From contig CASFZJ010000004.1 in assembly GCA_949299165.1 (NCBI GenBank), positions 31,965 through 95,964 of the forward strand: DNA of 64,000 bases, given 5' to 3'. A program made the translations under genes and the position numbers. A model generated the notes under the pieces. The model saw only the letters and a program-made list of their open reading frames with translations, did no database searches and was not told the DNA's origin. This document shows, piece by piece, positions 18,944 to 28,584 of this stretch (within the stretch, counting starts at the first letter, position 1; each line of letters begins with the position of its first letter). The stretch is from an uncultured bacterium (lineage in GTDB: Bacteria > Bacillota_I > Bacilli_A > RFN20 > CAG-826).

Positions 18944-20191
18944 ATGAGAAAAGAAGACTTAATTAGTGATATTCTCTATTTAGCAATGGCAGCCATTGTG
19001 TTGCTTGTAGGTTTTTTAGTTATTCAACCTGCAATTAATAATGGCTTACTCGGAAGAGACATGGGACAAAACGTTCTATTTATTTTGATTGCTCTTGTAA
19101 TAGGAATTATTATAAATGTTGCTTTGATGGAAATTGGGCACTTAATTGGTGCTAAAATTGGCGGATATAAAGTCTTATCTACTAACATTTTAGGTTTTAA
19201 TTTTTATAAAGTTTTTGACAAAAACGCTGCAAAAAGCCAATTAAAATTTAGATTTAAATCATTTAATGGTTTGTCAGGAGAAACAATTATTGAACCAAAG
19301 AAAGATTCTTCCAATCCTTTCTTTTATATTTTTACACCTTTAATTTTGTTCCTTCTTGAATTCGTTGCAATGTATTTTGTTATTAGTCTTGCGCCACAAG
19401 ATAGCGAAACTTATCTAGAAGGAATTCAAATTGTTAAATACGGTTTAATCATTACAACAACAATTGCGGGGTGCATCGTTTTATATGATTATTTCCCTGC
19501 AAAACTAGACACATTAAATGATGGATATAGACTTATTTCTTTATCAAAGAAAATTAATATCGTTGCTTATAATGAAAAATTAAAAATCGAAGCAAACGAA
19601 TATAAAGGAATTAAAAATACCGAATACAAGATTTTTGAAGAAATCACAGACTTTACAGCAAAAGTTAATTTGGAAGCTGCAATAAATGAATTTTTAGATG
19701 AAAAAAGTGAAGAATCTCTTGCTATTATCGAAAAATGTTTAAGTGATCCTACAAAAATTTCCCATAGCACAAAAACTACGCTATTACTCGATAAAATTTA
19801 TATTACATATATTTCGAAAGGTAGCGAAGAAGGCACTAAACTTTTTAAAGAATTAGATCAAGAAACTAATGAATACGTAAAGAAATGCAAGGATTTAGAG
19901 TCAATCAGAGTTTATGCGCTTTATATTGGACTTAACGAAAAGAGTCAAAGTGAAGTTAAATACGCTATAACTAAAGCCAAAAAAGAGTATGAAAGATTAA
20001 CTATTGGCGAAGTAGAAAAAGAGAAGGAATTACTATTAAAAGTAATTTATATGCTCATGGATTTCGATGTTAATTTGATTGATGAGACAATCATAAAATA
20101 TGTATGTGATGCAAATATCGAATCAGAAGATTACAAAAGCGCACTTAAATATTTCATTGATAAAGGCGGAAAAATTTCTGAGAAAAAATAA
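18944..20191 (+). CDS. polytopic membrane protein resembling an M50 (site-2 protease-like) peptidase with a degenerate metal motif, plus C-terminal helical soluble domain
   Basis: 415 aa. TM helix carries ...VALMEIGHLIGAKIGGYKV..., compared with M50 ...HExGHxxxAxxxGxxV. A later TM carries ...YDYFPAKLDTLNDGYRL..., compared with NxxPxxxLDGG. RBS AAGGAGG. Confidence 0.45.
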   Translation: MRKEDLISDILYLAMAAIVLLVGFLVIQPAINNGLLGRDMGQNVLFILIALVIGIIINVALMEIGHLIGAKIGGYKVLSTNILGFNFYKVFDKNAAKSQLKFRFKSFNGLSGETIIEPKKDSSNPFFYIFTPLILFLLEFVAMYFVISLAPQDSETYLEGIQIVKYGLIITTTIAGCIVLYDYFPAKLDTLNDGYRLISLSKKINIVAYNEKLKIEANEYKGIKNTEYKIFEEITDFTAKVNLEAAINEFLDEKSEESLAIIEKCLSDPTKISHSTKTTLLLDKIYITYISKGSEEGTKLFKELDQETNEYVKKCKDLESIRVYALYIGLNEKSQSEVKYAITKAKKEYERLTIGEVEKEKELLLKVIYMLMDFDVNLIDETIIKYVCDANIESEDYKSALKYFIDKGGKISEKK

Positions 20192-20336
20192 AAAAAGCAG
20201 TACTTTTTATAAAAAAGCCTAGGAAAATCGCAAAAAGACATGCTTTATTAAAAATTTCCTAGAAAAAATGTAAAAAAGTATATATTTTTGAAGAATTTCC
20301 TAGAAAAAAGTGGAAAAAGACACATTTTGATAAAAC
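20172..20336 (+). repeat. dispersed ~40-bp repeat family, locus 2 (4 phased tandem units, clearest array)
   Basis: Cores TTTCTGAG 20175, CCTAGG 20218, TTTCCTAG 20255 and TTTCCTAG 20296, with a period of 40-41 bp. Unit pattern is TTTCCTAGAAAAAATG.AAAAAGACA....TTTT..TAAAA. The first unit covers the last codons and stop of the upstream CDS. Confidence 0.8.
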
Positions 20337-20340
20337 AAAA

Positions 20341-20372
20341 ACCCGTACCGTTTTCTCGAGATACGGGTTTTA
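20341..20372. terminator. bidirectional terminator between convergent genes
   Basis: ACCCGTA (20341-20347) pairs with TACGGGT (20362-20368). A-run upstream and T-run downstream. Located between the 18944-20191 (+) gene and mscL (-). Confidence 0.6.
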
Positions 20373-20386
20373 AAATTTTTAGTATT

Positions 20387-21043
20387 TTATTTTTCTTCTT
20401 TATTTTTGAGTAAATCTTTAATTTCTAATAAAACATCAAGTTCTGTTGGTTGTGGAACAACCGGATCTTCAACTTTTGGTTGAGGTCTTTCTTCTGGATG
20501 TTTCTCGTAGTATTCTTCAAGAGCGGCTTTTTTTAACGCTTCACGCTTTGCTTTAAGAGTTGCATAGACTTTAATGATGACGAATAAAGTTAAAGCAATA
20601 ATTAAGAAACTAATAATTGCGTTAATAAATGTGCCCCAATCAATTACTGCAGCACTATTTGCAACATAAGTTGTGCCATGTAATGTGTATTGATTTAAAA
20701 TTTCAGTTTTTGTTGCTTGAACAACTGCATCTTCAACACCAGCGCCATAGTTTTTTTCAGCTAATGCTTGAGCTAAACCTTGTAACTCGCTGCTTTCAAA
20801 TGATTGACCAATACCAGCCATGCCTTGTTGTGAAGCAGATAACGCAGGAAGGATAGTAATAAGTCCCTTTAAACCACCTGGAACGCCCCAAGTACAAACA
20901 CTTAATAAAATATTAACTAAAGCTGTAACGATTGCACTAAATGCGCCGCCGATAACAACACCAACAGCCATATCAAGTACGTTTCCTCTGGAAATAAAAG
21001 CTTTAAATTCTTTCCGGAGTTTAAATTCTCTTTTCTTTTTCAT
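20387..21043 (-). CDS. mscL: large-conductance mechanosensitive channel MscL (unusually long, 218 aa)
   Basis: N-terminus ...[33 protein letters not shown]... is the canonical MscL TM1. A second TM (...[20 protein letters not shown]) follows a loop of about 85 aa. Charged C-terminal tail. Confidence 0.85.
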   Translation of the reverse strand: MKKKREFKLRKEFKAFISRGNVLDMAVGVVIGGAFSAIVTALVNILLSVCTWGVPGGLKGLITILPALSASQQGMAGIGQSFESSELQGLAQALAEKNYGAGVEDAVVQATKTEILNQYTLHGTTYVANSAAVIDWGTFINAIISFLIIALTLFVIIKVYATLKAKREALKKAALEEYYEKHPEERPQPKVEDPVVPQPTELDVLLEIKDLLKNKEEK

Positions 21044-21190
21044 GTTTTTCTCCTTTTCGTTTGTTATTTTATATTATTAATTATTAAAAACAAACTTATT
21101 TTATTGACGCTTGTTTCGCTATAAAAAAAAGAATAATACATTATTTTTGCGATTTATAGTAAAATAAAGTAGTTAATAGGGAGTTATAAA

Positions 21191-22060
21191 ATGGCTAATA
21201 AAGTTATAATTATTGCTGATTCTACAACAGATTTACCAAAAGAATACTTAGAAGAAAATAATATTAAAATTTTACCTTTACACGTTTCATTTCCGGGAGA
21301 TGATCAAGATTATTTAGATGGTGTTAACTTAGACGCTGAAACCATTTATAAGACAGTCGAAAGAATTGGAAATACTCCAAAAACTGGCGCCGCAAACGTT
21401 AACCAATTTATTGAATTTTTTAAACCATTTATTGATGAAGGATATGACGTTATTTATACAGGTATCGGAAGTTCTTTGTCATCAAGTTATCAAAACGCGA
21501 TGATTGCTATTCAAGAATTTCCAGAAGGACGTATTGAAATTGTTGATTCGTTAAATTTATCAACAGGAACAGGTTTACTTGTTTGTAAAATGGTAGATTT
21601 TAGAAACGAAGGTAACGACGTTCACGAAATTGCTAGAAAAGTGAGAGAATTGGTGCCTTTAGTAAGTGCTAAGTTCTGTATTGATAGACTAGATTATCTT
21701 TATAAAGGAGGAAGATGTAGTGGAATGACGAAACTTTTTGCTCATCTTTTAAATCTTCACCCAATCGCAAAAGTTATCGATGGAAAATTAACTGTTTATA
21801 AAACACCACGTGGAAAATACAGAAAAGCGGTTGATTGTCAAATTGATGAATTTAAAGAAGATTTACCAAACATGGATTTAACGAGAGTTTTCGTTACTGA
21901 TAGTGGACATATGGATGGTGAAGACAAATATATCATTGAAGAACTTTCTAAATATATTGATCCATCAAAAATCATTCATACAAGAGCGGGATGTGTTATT
22001 TCTTCACATTGCGGTCCAAAAACAATTGGTATTCTATATATCTTAAAAGAAAAGAAATAG
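21191..22060 (+). CDS. DegV-family fatty-acid-binding protein
   Basis: 289 aa. ...VIIIADSTTDLPKEY... start and typical DegV length and pattern. Confidence 0.85.
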   Translation: MANKVIIIADSTTDLPKEYLEENNIKILPLHVSFPGDDQDYLDGVNLDAETIYKTVERIGNTPKTGAANVNQFIEFFKPFIDEGYDVIYTGIGSSLSSSYQNAMIAIQEFPEGRIEIVDSLNLSTGTGLLVCKMVDFRNEGNDVHEIARKVRELVPLVSAKFCIDRLDYLYKGGRCSGMTKLFAHLLNLHPIAKVIDGKLTVYKTPRGKYRKAVDCQIDEFKEDLPNMDLTRVFVTDSGHMDGEDKYIIEELSKYIDPSKIIHTRAGCVISSHCGPKTIGILYILKEKK

Positions 22061-22080
22061 TAAATGTAAAAATCACAAAT

Positions 22081-22110
22081 AAAAAAAGCGGAAAAATCCG
22101 CCTTTTTTAT
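22081..22110. terminator. bidirectional terminator (degV / pmbA convergent)
   Basis: AAAAAAA GCGGA AAAAT TCCGC CTTTTTT. Confidence 0.6.
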
Positions 22111-22125
22111 TTGTTCTTATTTTAA

Positions 22126-23445
22126 TTATTCAGCTGAAATTTTAAGGTTTTTAAATGCAATTGATGGAGTTGTTATTGAGCTAATTAAGAGTTTCGAGTT
22201 GTTGCCGACTGCAATAATATCATTAAATAGTTCAAAGATATTTCCACTAACTGTGAAAAGTGTTAATGGTTTTCCTTTAACTCCGTTTTCAACATGGAAT
22301 CCTTCAGCTTGTAATGAGAAGTCTCCGCTAGTTGAATCTAAACCAGCATGTAAACCTGATACATCAGTGATATAGACACCGTTTTTAATTTTCTTGAATA
22401 ATTCTTCTTCAGAAAGTCGACCGTTTTTAACAATGATATTTCCGAAGGTAATACCCATCTTGTTGCCTCTTCTTGAAGCGTTTCCTGTAGTTTCGACCCC
22501 ATCTTTCTTTGCAGTTACGAGATTATAGAAATAAGTTTTTAAAATGCCTTTTTCAAAAATAACTTTGTCTTGAGTTGCAACGCCTTCGTCGTCGAAATAT
22601 GTATAGAAGATATTTCTTAAATGAGGTTTTTCATAAACTGTTAATTTATCGCTTAAAATTTTTGTATTTAGTTTACCTTCTAATCTAGAAGAGTGTTTTT
22701 GAACTTGTTCGCTTGAAACGTTTGATAATAAAGCATTAAGTAATGCTGAAACAGATTCTCTTGAGAAAACAGCTTTATATTTTCCTGCTTTGATGGATTC
22801 ACCATGAAGTTTGCCAAGACCTTTTTCAACAATGTTTTTACAGAATTCATCAATGTTAAATTCTTTAGGGTTAACACCAAAATATGAATCATAATTAGAT
22901 TTAATTTCTTCGCCATCTTTGATAACGACGGAAGCGGAAATTACAAAATAATTGCTTGTTTCTTTTAAGTTTAATCCAAATGAATTTGCAAGAATTCTTT
23001 CGGAAGAACTATCAGAATAATAGACTTCAACGTCGGTAATTCTTGAATCGTAATTTTGTAGTTTTTGTTCAATTTCCCTGCAAATCTTTATTTTTTCTTC
23101 TGTTTTCCATTCTTTTAAGTTCTTTGAATTGAGGGTGAATTTCTTATATTTGGAACCGCCTTCATAAATAATTGGTTCGTCATCTGATTCGTTTAAAGAA
23201 GCAGTTAATTTAATTGCATCAATTAAGAAATCAGCGCTTTCTGCACTATCGTTTTCGGTTGTGCCAAAGCCCATTTTGCCTCGATAGATTCCTCTAGAAC
23301 TTAATCTTCTAGAAGTATCGATGTTATAAGAAACTAATTCGCCTTTAAACAATGAGAAAGAAAAAGAAGTTGAAGTAGATGAAGTTAATTCAGAAGAAGT
23401 GATACCAGCTTCTTTTGCTTTTTCAAAATATTTCTTAAAATTCAT
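22126..23445 (-). CDS. pmbA: PmbA/TldE-type metalloprotease subunit
   Basis: TldD/PmbA family fold partner, directly downstream of tldD. Start moved to MNFKKYFEKAKEAG... (ATG at 23445, GGAGGAGGA upstream), overlapping the tldD stop. The ORF-track N-terminal 21 aa lie inside tldD. Confidence 0.8.
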   Translation of the reverse strand: MNFKKYFEKAKEAGITSSELTSSTSTSFSFSLFKGELVSYNIDTSRRLSSRGIYRGKMGFGTTENDSAESADFLIDAIKLTASLNESDDEPIIYEGGSKYKKFTLNSKNLKEWKTEEKIKICREIEQKLQNYDSRITDVEVYYSDSSSERILANSFGLNLKETSNYFVISASVVIKDGEEIKSNYDSYFGVNPKEFNIDEFCKNIVEKGLGKLHGESIKAGKYKAVFSRESVSALLNALLSNVSSEQVQKHSSRLEGKLNTKILSDKLTVYEKPHLRNIFYTYFDDEGVATQDKVIFEKGILKTYFYNLVTAKKDGVETTGNASRRGNKMGITFGNIIVKNGRLSEEELFKKIKNGVYITDVSGLHAGLDSTSGDFSLQAEGFHVENGVKGKPLTLFTVSGNIFELFNDIIAVGNNSKLLISSITTPSIAFKNLKISAE

Positions 23446-24841
23446 TGATTGATCCTCCTCTTCCACCAACAACAATTTCATCAACTCTAATTGTTGGTTG
23501 ACCAACATTTACTGGAATTGAGCCACTTGCCGATCCACACATACCTTGTCCAAAAGCAAGGTTGTTACCAACCATATCGATGTGTTTTAAGATATCTCTT
23601 GCGTTTCCAACAAGAGTTGCGCCTCTTACAGGTTCGCCAATTTTACCATCTTTAATGATGTATGCTTCAGAACAACCAAAATTAAAGTCTCCGGTTGATG
23701 GATCGACTGAACCGCCGTTAAATGAAACTGCATAAATTCCAAGTTTTGTAGCTTTAATAATTTCTTCTTCAGAAGATTTTCCAGGAGCAATGTATGTGTT
23801 GCTCATTCTAGAAGTTGGTTCATATTTATAAGATTCTCTTCTTGAAGCACCGTTTGGTTTGTCATCCATTCTTCTTGAGTTGAAATAATCAACTAAATAA
23901 CCAGTTAAAATGCCGTCTTTAATTAACTCGTTCTTTTGTGGAATTCCGCCTTCATCATCAACGCTATTTGAGCCCCGTTCGTTAGAAAGTGAGCCATCAT
24001 CATAAGCGCTAACACAAGTATTTGCGATTTGTTGCCCTTTCATATTTGAAAAAACACTTAAACCTTTAGCAACAGAAGTAGCCTCAAGTTGATGTCCACA
24101 TGCTTCGTGGAAAATAACTCCACCCCATCCGTTGCCGATAACAACTGGCATTTTTCCGCTAGGACATTCTTTAGCGCCGAGCATTAAGATGACTTTTTGC
24201 GCATTATTTCTTGCGATTTTTTCCACATCAATTTCCTTAGTGAAATAATCCCATCCACCTTGGTTGCCTGGTCCGTCAAATCTTGTTTCAATTTTTCCGT
24301 TTTCGCTAGCGACAGACATCATTGTTAATCTGGAATATTCCTTATTATCTTTATAATGTTTACCATTAGAATTAAAGATTTCGATTTTATTTTCAGTAAT
24401 AGCCATTCCAACGATGCTTCTAACTATTCTCTTATCGTAATCAGAAATAATCGAAGAAGCTTTTTTAAGCAAAGAAATAATTTCATCGACTGGAACTGCT
24501 GAAACTGGTGCTTTTCTTTTGTGAATTTGTTTAACTTTTACATTATCAAAAGAAGTTAATTCAGAAAGTTCTCTATCACCTTCAAAAGATTTAGATAATG
24601 TTTCTGCAAGTTTCATTAAACTTTTTCTTGATTTGTCACTTGTAGAACCATAAACACTTCTTGTGCCTTTTAGTAATCTTAAACCGACTCCGCTTGTTTC
24701 TGAGACAGAAGAGGAGTCAACTTTATTATTTTCTACTGTATATGCATGACGAATGGTATCTTCGTTGAAAATTTCAACAAAATCAGCACCAGTAGAAGAT
24801 GCATAATTTATAACATCTAGAGCTAGTTGTTTATTTAGCAT
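23435..24841 (-). CDS. tldD: TldD metalloprotease
   Basis: 468 aa. Metal motif HEACGHQLE, and the GxC...GSG C-terminal region typical of TldD. Confidence 0.9.
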   Translation of the reverse strand: MLNKQLALDVINYASSTGADFVEIFNEDTIRHAYTVENNKVDSSSVSETSGVGLRLLKGTRSVYGSTSDKSRKSLMKLAETLSKSFEGDRELSELTSFDNVKVKQIHKRKAPVSAVPVDEIISLLKKASSIISDYDKRIVRSIVGMAITENKIEIFNSNGKHYKDNKEYSRLTMMSVASENGKIETRFDGPGNQGGWDYFTKEIDVEKIARNNAQKVILMLGAKECPSGKMPVVIGNGWGGVIFHEACGHQLEATSVAKGLSVFSNMKGQQIANTCVSAYDDGSLSNERGSNSVDDEGGIPQKNELIKDGILTGYLVDYFNSRRMDDKPNGASRRESYKYEPTSRMSNTYIAPGKSSEEEIIKATKLGIYAVSFNGGSVDPSTGDFNFGCSEAYIIKDGKIGEPVRGATLVGNARDILKHIDMVGNNLAFGQGMCGSASGSIPVNVGQPTIRVDEIVVGGRGGSINEF

Positions 24842-25044
24842 TCTTTATTCCCTCCAATTAGATACTATTTTAATATAGGTATAAAAAATAACAACATAAA
24901 TGGATATAAATAAATTTAAGACAATGTAAAAAATGTTTCATTTAACTTGTCAAGTATGATATTATTAGTTGCTAGAAATTTTAGCTAGTTAACATGCTTT
25001 CTTTAAGATCGCATAGAGTCTTAAGGCGGAAGGAGTAGAAAAAG

Positions 25045-25251
25045 ATGAAAAAAGGTATTCACCCAAACTATCACACATGTAAAGTTACATGCATCTCTTG
25101 TGGTAACACATTCGAAACAGAATCAACATTAAACGAAATAAGAGTTGATACATGTTCAAATTGCCACCCATTCTATACTGGTAAACAAAGATTTACACAA
25201 GCTGATGGTAGAGTTGATAGATTCAACAAAAAATATAACAGAACAAAGTAA
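25045..25251 (+). CDS. rpmE: 50S ribosomal protein L31 (zinc-ribbon type A)
   Basis: 68 aa, [10 protein letters not shown]...CISCGNTF...[23 protein letters not shown]. Confidence 0.95.
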   Translation: MKKGIHPNYHTCKVTCISCGNTFETESTLNEIRVDTCSNCHPFYTGKQRFTQADGRVDRFNKKYNRTK

Positions 25252-25262
25252 ATTAATTAAAA

Positions 25263-25288
25263 TCCTTGCAAATTGCAGGGATTTTTTC
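25263..25288 (+). terminator. rho-independent terminator after rpmE
   Basis: TCCTTGCA (25263-25270) pairs with TGCAGGGA (25274-25281), followed by TTTTTT. Confidence 0.75.
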
Positions 25289-25292
25289 TTGT

Positions 25293-25480
25293 TTATTTTT
25301 TGAAAAAAGACAAAAAAGACTATCTTCTAAAACCAAAATATTAAATATTTTTATAATAAATGCACATATATTACTAGAAAAGTTTTCACGAAATGTGCCG
25401 AAGTTTTCACGAAGAAGAAAAAAATGCAAAATTTCCAGGAAATTTATATAAAAAGTGCTAAATTTAATGCTTAAATTTCT
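25293..25480 (+). repeat. dispersed ~40-bp repeat family, locus 4
   Basis: Units include TTTTTGAAAAAAGACAAAAAAGACTATCTTCTAAAA and TACTAGAAAAG... Contains a perfect 17-bp palindrome AAATTTCCAGGAAATTT at 25429-25445. Confidence 0.6.
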
Positions 25481-25519
25481 TATAAAGTTTAAAATATATA
25501 CGAATTGTGGAGAGTATTT

Positions 25520-27112
25520 ATGAGTAAAAAGAGATTTTATATTACAACACCTATTTATTATCCAAGTGGAAACCCACATATTGGACATGCTTATTGCACA
25601 ACCTTATGTGATGTTTTTGCAAGATATAAAAGAATGAGACATTTTGAATGTTATTTTTTAACTGGTACTGATGAACATGGTTTAAAAATTGAGAAAAATG
25701 CTGAAAAGGCCGGTTTAACGCCACAACAATATGTCGATAACATTACAAATGTTTTCACAAAACTTTGGGAAGCAATGAAAATCTCAAATAATGACTTTAT
25801 TAGAACTACACAAGACAGACATATTAAAGTTGTTCAAGATGCTTTCACAAAAATGTATCAAAATGATGATATTTATCTTGGTAAATATGAAGGCTGGTAT
25901 TGCACACCATGTGAATCTTTCTGGACAGATACACAAGTAGGGCCAGAACATCTTTGTCCAGACTGCGGCAGACCTGTCGAAAAAGCAACTGAAGAAAGCT
26001 ATTTCTTTAAAACACAAAAATATTTACCTCAACTTTTAAAATGGTATGAAAACGATAAAGTCATCTATCCAATAAATAGAAAAAACGAAATGTTAAATAC
26101 ATTCATTAAACCAGGTCTTGAAGATTTATGTGTAAGTAGAACTTCTTTTTCTTGGGGCGTGCCTATTAAAGAAAACCCTAAACATGTTGCTTATGTTTGG
26201 TTGGATGCACTCTGTAACTATTTATCTGCTTTAGGATATGGTACAGATCATGATGAGCTTTATCAAAAATTCTGGGCTAGTGAAGACAGTGAAATTATTC
26301 ACGTTATTGGTGCTGATATTACCAGATTCCATACAATTTATTGGCCAGAATTTTTATTATCACTAGGCGTTAGATTGCCTGATAGAGTTTTTGTGCATGG
26401 TCTTTTGATGATGAAAGATGGAAAAATGTCGAAGTCCAAAGGTAATGTTGTATCACCTTATCCATTAATTGAAAGATATGGCGTTGATGCAATTAGGTAT
26501 TATCTTGTTAGAGAAGTAATTTTTGGACAAGATGGTCAATTTACACCAGAACAATTCGTTGAAAGGATTAATGTTGATTTAGCCAATAACATTGGAAATC
26601 TTGTAAGTAGAACGGTTTCAATGATTCAAAAATATTTTGGTGGAGTTATTCCTGAATTTAAAGAAGGTGTTAATTCTCAAGATCATGAATTAGAAGTGAT
26701 GGTTAAAAATACTGTCGATAGTTATCAAGAAAAACTTGATGATTTACATATAACAGAAGCTTTTATTGATGTAATGAACTTACTTGGTAGAGCTAACAAA
26801 TATATTGAAGAAACTGCGCCACGGGCTTTAGCTAAAGATGGGACAAAACAAGAAAATTTAAAGAGTGTAATGGCTCATCTTGCTTATATTATCTTTGTTG
26901 GTAGTAAACTTTTAGAACCAATTCTTGTAGAAAAAACGCCTTTAATATTTAAATCATTAGGTTTAAATGAAAACGAAAGTGATTATGATAATATTTTAAA
27001 CGAACATATTTTAGATAATCACAAAGTTGAAAAAGGCGAAGTCTTATTCCCTAGATTGGATGTAAATAAAGAAGTTGAATATATTAAAGGATTGATGGGG
27101 AATAATAAGTAA
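25520..27112 (+). CDS. metG: methionyl-tRNA synthetase (short form, no C-terminal tRNA-binding appendix)
   Basis: Class I motifs PSGNPHIGHAY (HIGH) and KMSKSKGN (KMSKS), plus zinc knuckle CTPCE...CPDCG. Start at ATG 25520 (GGAGAG upstream) rather than TTG 25505. Confidence 0.95.
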   Translation: MSKKRFYITTPIYYPSGNPHIGHAYCTTLCDVFARYKRMRHFECYFLTGTDEHGLKIEKNAEKAGLTPQQYVDNITNVFTKLWEAMKISNNDFIRTTQDRHIKVVQDAFTKMYQNDDIYLGKYEGWYCTPCESFWTDTQVGPEHLCPDCGRPVEKATEESYFFKTQKYLPQLLKWYENDKVIYPINRKNEMLNTFIKPGLEDLCVSRTSFSWGVPIKENPKHVAYVWLDALCNYLSALGYGTDHDELYQKFWASEDSEIIHVIGADITRFHTIYWPEFLLSLGVRLPDRVFVHGLLMMKDGKMSKSKGNVVSPYPLIERYGVDAIRYYLVREVIFGQDGQFTPEQFVERINVDLANNIGNLVSRTVSMIQKYFGGVIPEFKEGVNSQDHELEVMVKNTVDSYQEKLDDLHITEAFIDVMNLLGRANKYIEETAPRALAKDGTKQENLKSVMAHLAYIIFVGSKLLEPILVEKTPLIFKSLGLNENESDYDNILNEHILDNHKVEKGEVLFPRLDVNKEVEYIKGLMGNNK

Positions 27113-28482
27113 TGGAAATAAAACTCATTGAAAATATTGTTAAGGCTAAAAGAGAATTCTTTTTTAAAGGAAACACTAAAGATTTAAAAACCAGAATAAA
27201 ACGGGTCAAGCAAATTAGAGATAATTTGGTCCTTTATAAAAATGAATTTTACGATGCTTTTAAAGCTGACTTTAATAAATCTTCACTTGAAGTTGCTACT
27301 ACAGAGCTTGGTCAAGTGATCAAAGAGTGTGACTTTTTAATTAAAAAGGGGCGCAGATACTTAAACCCAAAATTTATTAAAACTGGGTTTATTAATCGAA
27401 AATCTTATGGCTTTATTTTTAAAGAACCATATGGAGTGGTTTTGGTTGTTTCCCCACGGAATTATCCGCTTAATTTATCATTAATCCCTGCAATTTCTGC
27501 GTTGTTTTGTGGAAATTGTGTTTTGTTAAAACTATCAAAAAATACTCCAAATATTAATAAAGTTATTGAAAATGTTATTTCTGTAATACCAAAAGAAGTT
27601 TTAAGCACAGTCTATCGTGAAAGAAATGAAGTTGGTTCAATTTTTGATGTTAAATTTGATTATATCTTCTTTACTGGTTCTAAAAATGTTGGAAAAACTG
27701 TAATGGAAAAAGCCAGCAAATATTTGACACCAATTACACTTGAGCTTGGAGGAAAATCTCCAACAATTGTTGATAAAGACGCAAACATAAAAATAGCTGC
27801 TAAAAGAATTGTTTGGGGTAAATTTTTAAATGCAGGACAAACCTGTGTCGCTCCAGATTATGTTTTGGTAGAAAAAAGCATAAGAGATGAATTTATAAAA
27901 CAATGCATTTATTGGATTAATAAATTTTATTTTAAAAAAGGACAAATAAGAAACGAGTTTCCTTTTGTAATTAATGAGGCACAAGCAAATAGATTAAAAG
28001 ATTTTATTGAAGAAGACAAAGTACTAAACAAATATATTTCGTTTGGAAGATTGATTTCGCCAGTACTTTTAGAAGCAAGTTTCGATGATCCTATTATGCA
28101 AGAAGAAATATTTGGCCCAATTCTGCCAATTATTTCGTTTGACTCTTTAAATTCTGTGATTAGAAATTTACAAGAAAACGATAAACCTTTAGCTTTATAT
28201 TATTTTGGAGAAGACTTTAAAAGGACTAATAAAGTGTTATCAAGTTTAAGTTTTGGTGGTGGATGTGTAAATAACACCATTATGCACTTTACTGTAGATG
28301 AATTTCCTTTTGGTGGAGTTCAAGCAAGCGGACTAGGACAATATCATGGTAAATATTCTATTGACGCTTTCACACATCAAAAGAGCGTTTTGTTCCAATC
28401 TCGACGAGAATTAAAAGTTAAATTTCCGCCTTATACTGGGTTTAAAAGAATATTAGTTGAATTTTTCCTAAGGATTTTTTGA
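27112..28482 (+). CDS. NAD(P)-dependent aldehyde dehydrogenase (ALDH3-like)
   Basis: 456 aa. Contains ELGGKSP, catalytic-Cys region GQTCVAPDY and EEIFGPILPI. Its start overlaps the metG stop by 1 nt. Confidence 0.9.
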   Translation: MEIKLIENIVKAKREFFFKGNTKDLKTRIKRVKQIRDNLVLYKNEFYDAFKADFNKSSLEVATTELGQVIKECDFLIKKGRRYLNPKFIKTGFINRKSYGFIFKEPYGVVLVVSPRNYPLNLSLIPAISALFCGNCVLLKLSKNTPNINKVIENVISVIPKEVLSTVYRERNEVGSIFDVKFDYIFFTGSKNVGKTVMEKASKYLTPITLELGGKSPTIVDKDANIKIAAKRIVWGKFLNAGQTCVAPDYVLVEKSIRDEFIKQCIYWINKFYFKKGQIRNEFPFVINEAQANRLKDFIEEDKVLNKYISFGRLISPVLLEASFDDPIMQEEIFGPILPIISFDSLNSVIRNLQENDKPLALYYFGEDFKRTNKVLSSLSFGGGCVNNTIMHFTVDEFPFGGVQASGLGQYHGKYSIDAFTHQKSVLFQSRRELKVKFPPYTGFKRILVEFFLRIF

Positions 28483-28560
28483 TTTTTTCCTTAAGCGTGA
28501 AAATATCCGCATTTATTTTCACAGAAAAATATTCTTTTTTCGACTTGAAAATAAACTTAA
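28462..28560 (+). repeat. dispersed repeat family, locus 5 (begins inside the ALDH 3' end)
   Basis: TTTTTCCTAAGGATTTTTT (covers the last codons EFFLRIF and the stop), then TTTTTTCCTTAAGCGTGAAAATATCC and TTCACAGAAAAATATTC. Confidence 0.5.
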
Positions 28561-28584
28561 ATGGTTTAGTATTTTAATTATAGA

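Noticed and set aside
24990-25020. Hairpin (TTAAGA-N10-TCTTAA) just upstream of the rpmE SD as an L31 autoregulatory leader
   Set aside because: It is only a 6-bp AT-rich stem with no known conserved L31 leader to compare against. It is too weak to call.
25289-25519. T-box or other riboswitch leader upstream of metG (and likewise serS)
   Set aside because: No specifier-loop/T-box consensus (AGGGTGGNACCGCG-like) or terminator/antiterminator pair is visible. The region is made of the dispersed A-tract repeats. serS starts 4 nt after the upstream gene, so it has no leader.
25253-25588. 111-aa minus-strand ORF and 61-aa plus-strand ORF across the rpmE-metG spacer
   Set aside because: They run through the rpmE terminator and repeat units, have no RBS, and translate to low-complexity F/I/N/K-rich sequence. 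They are artefacts of AT-rich DNA.
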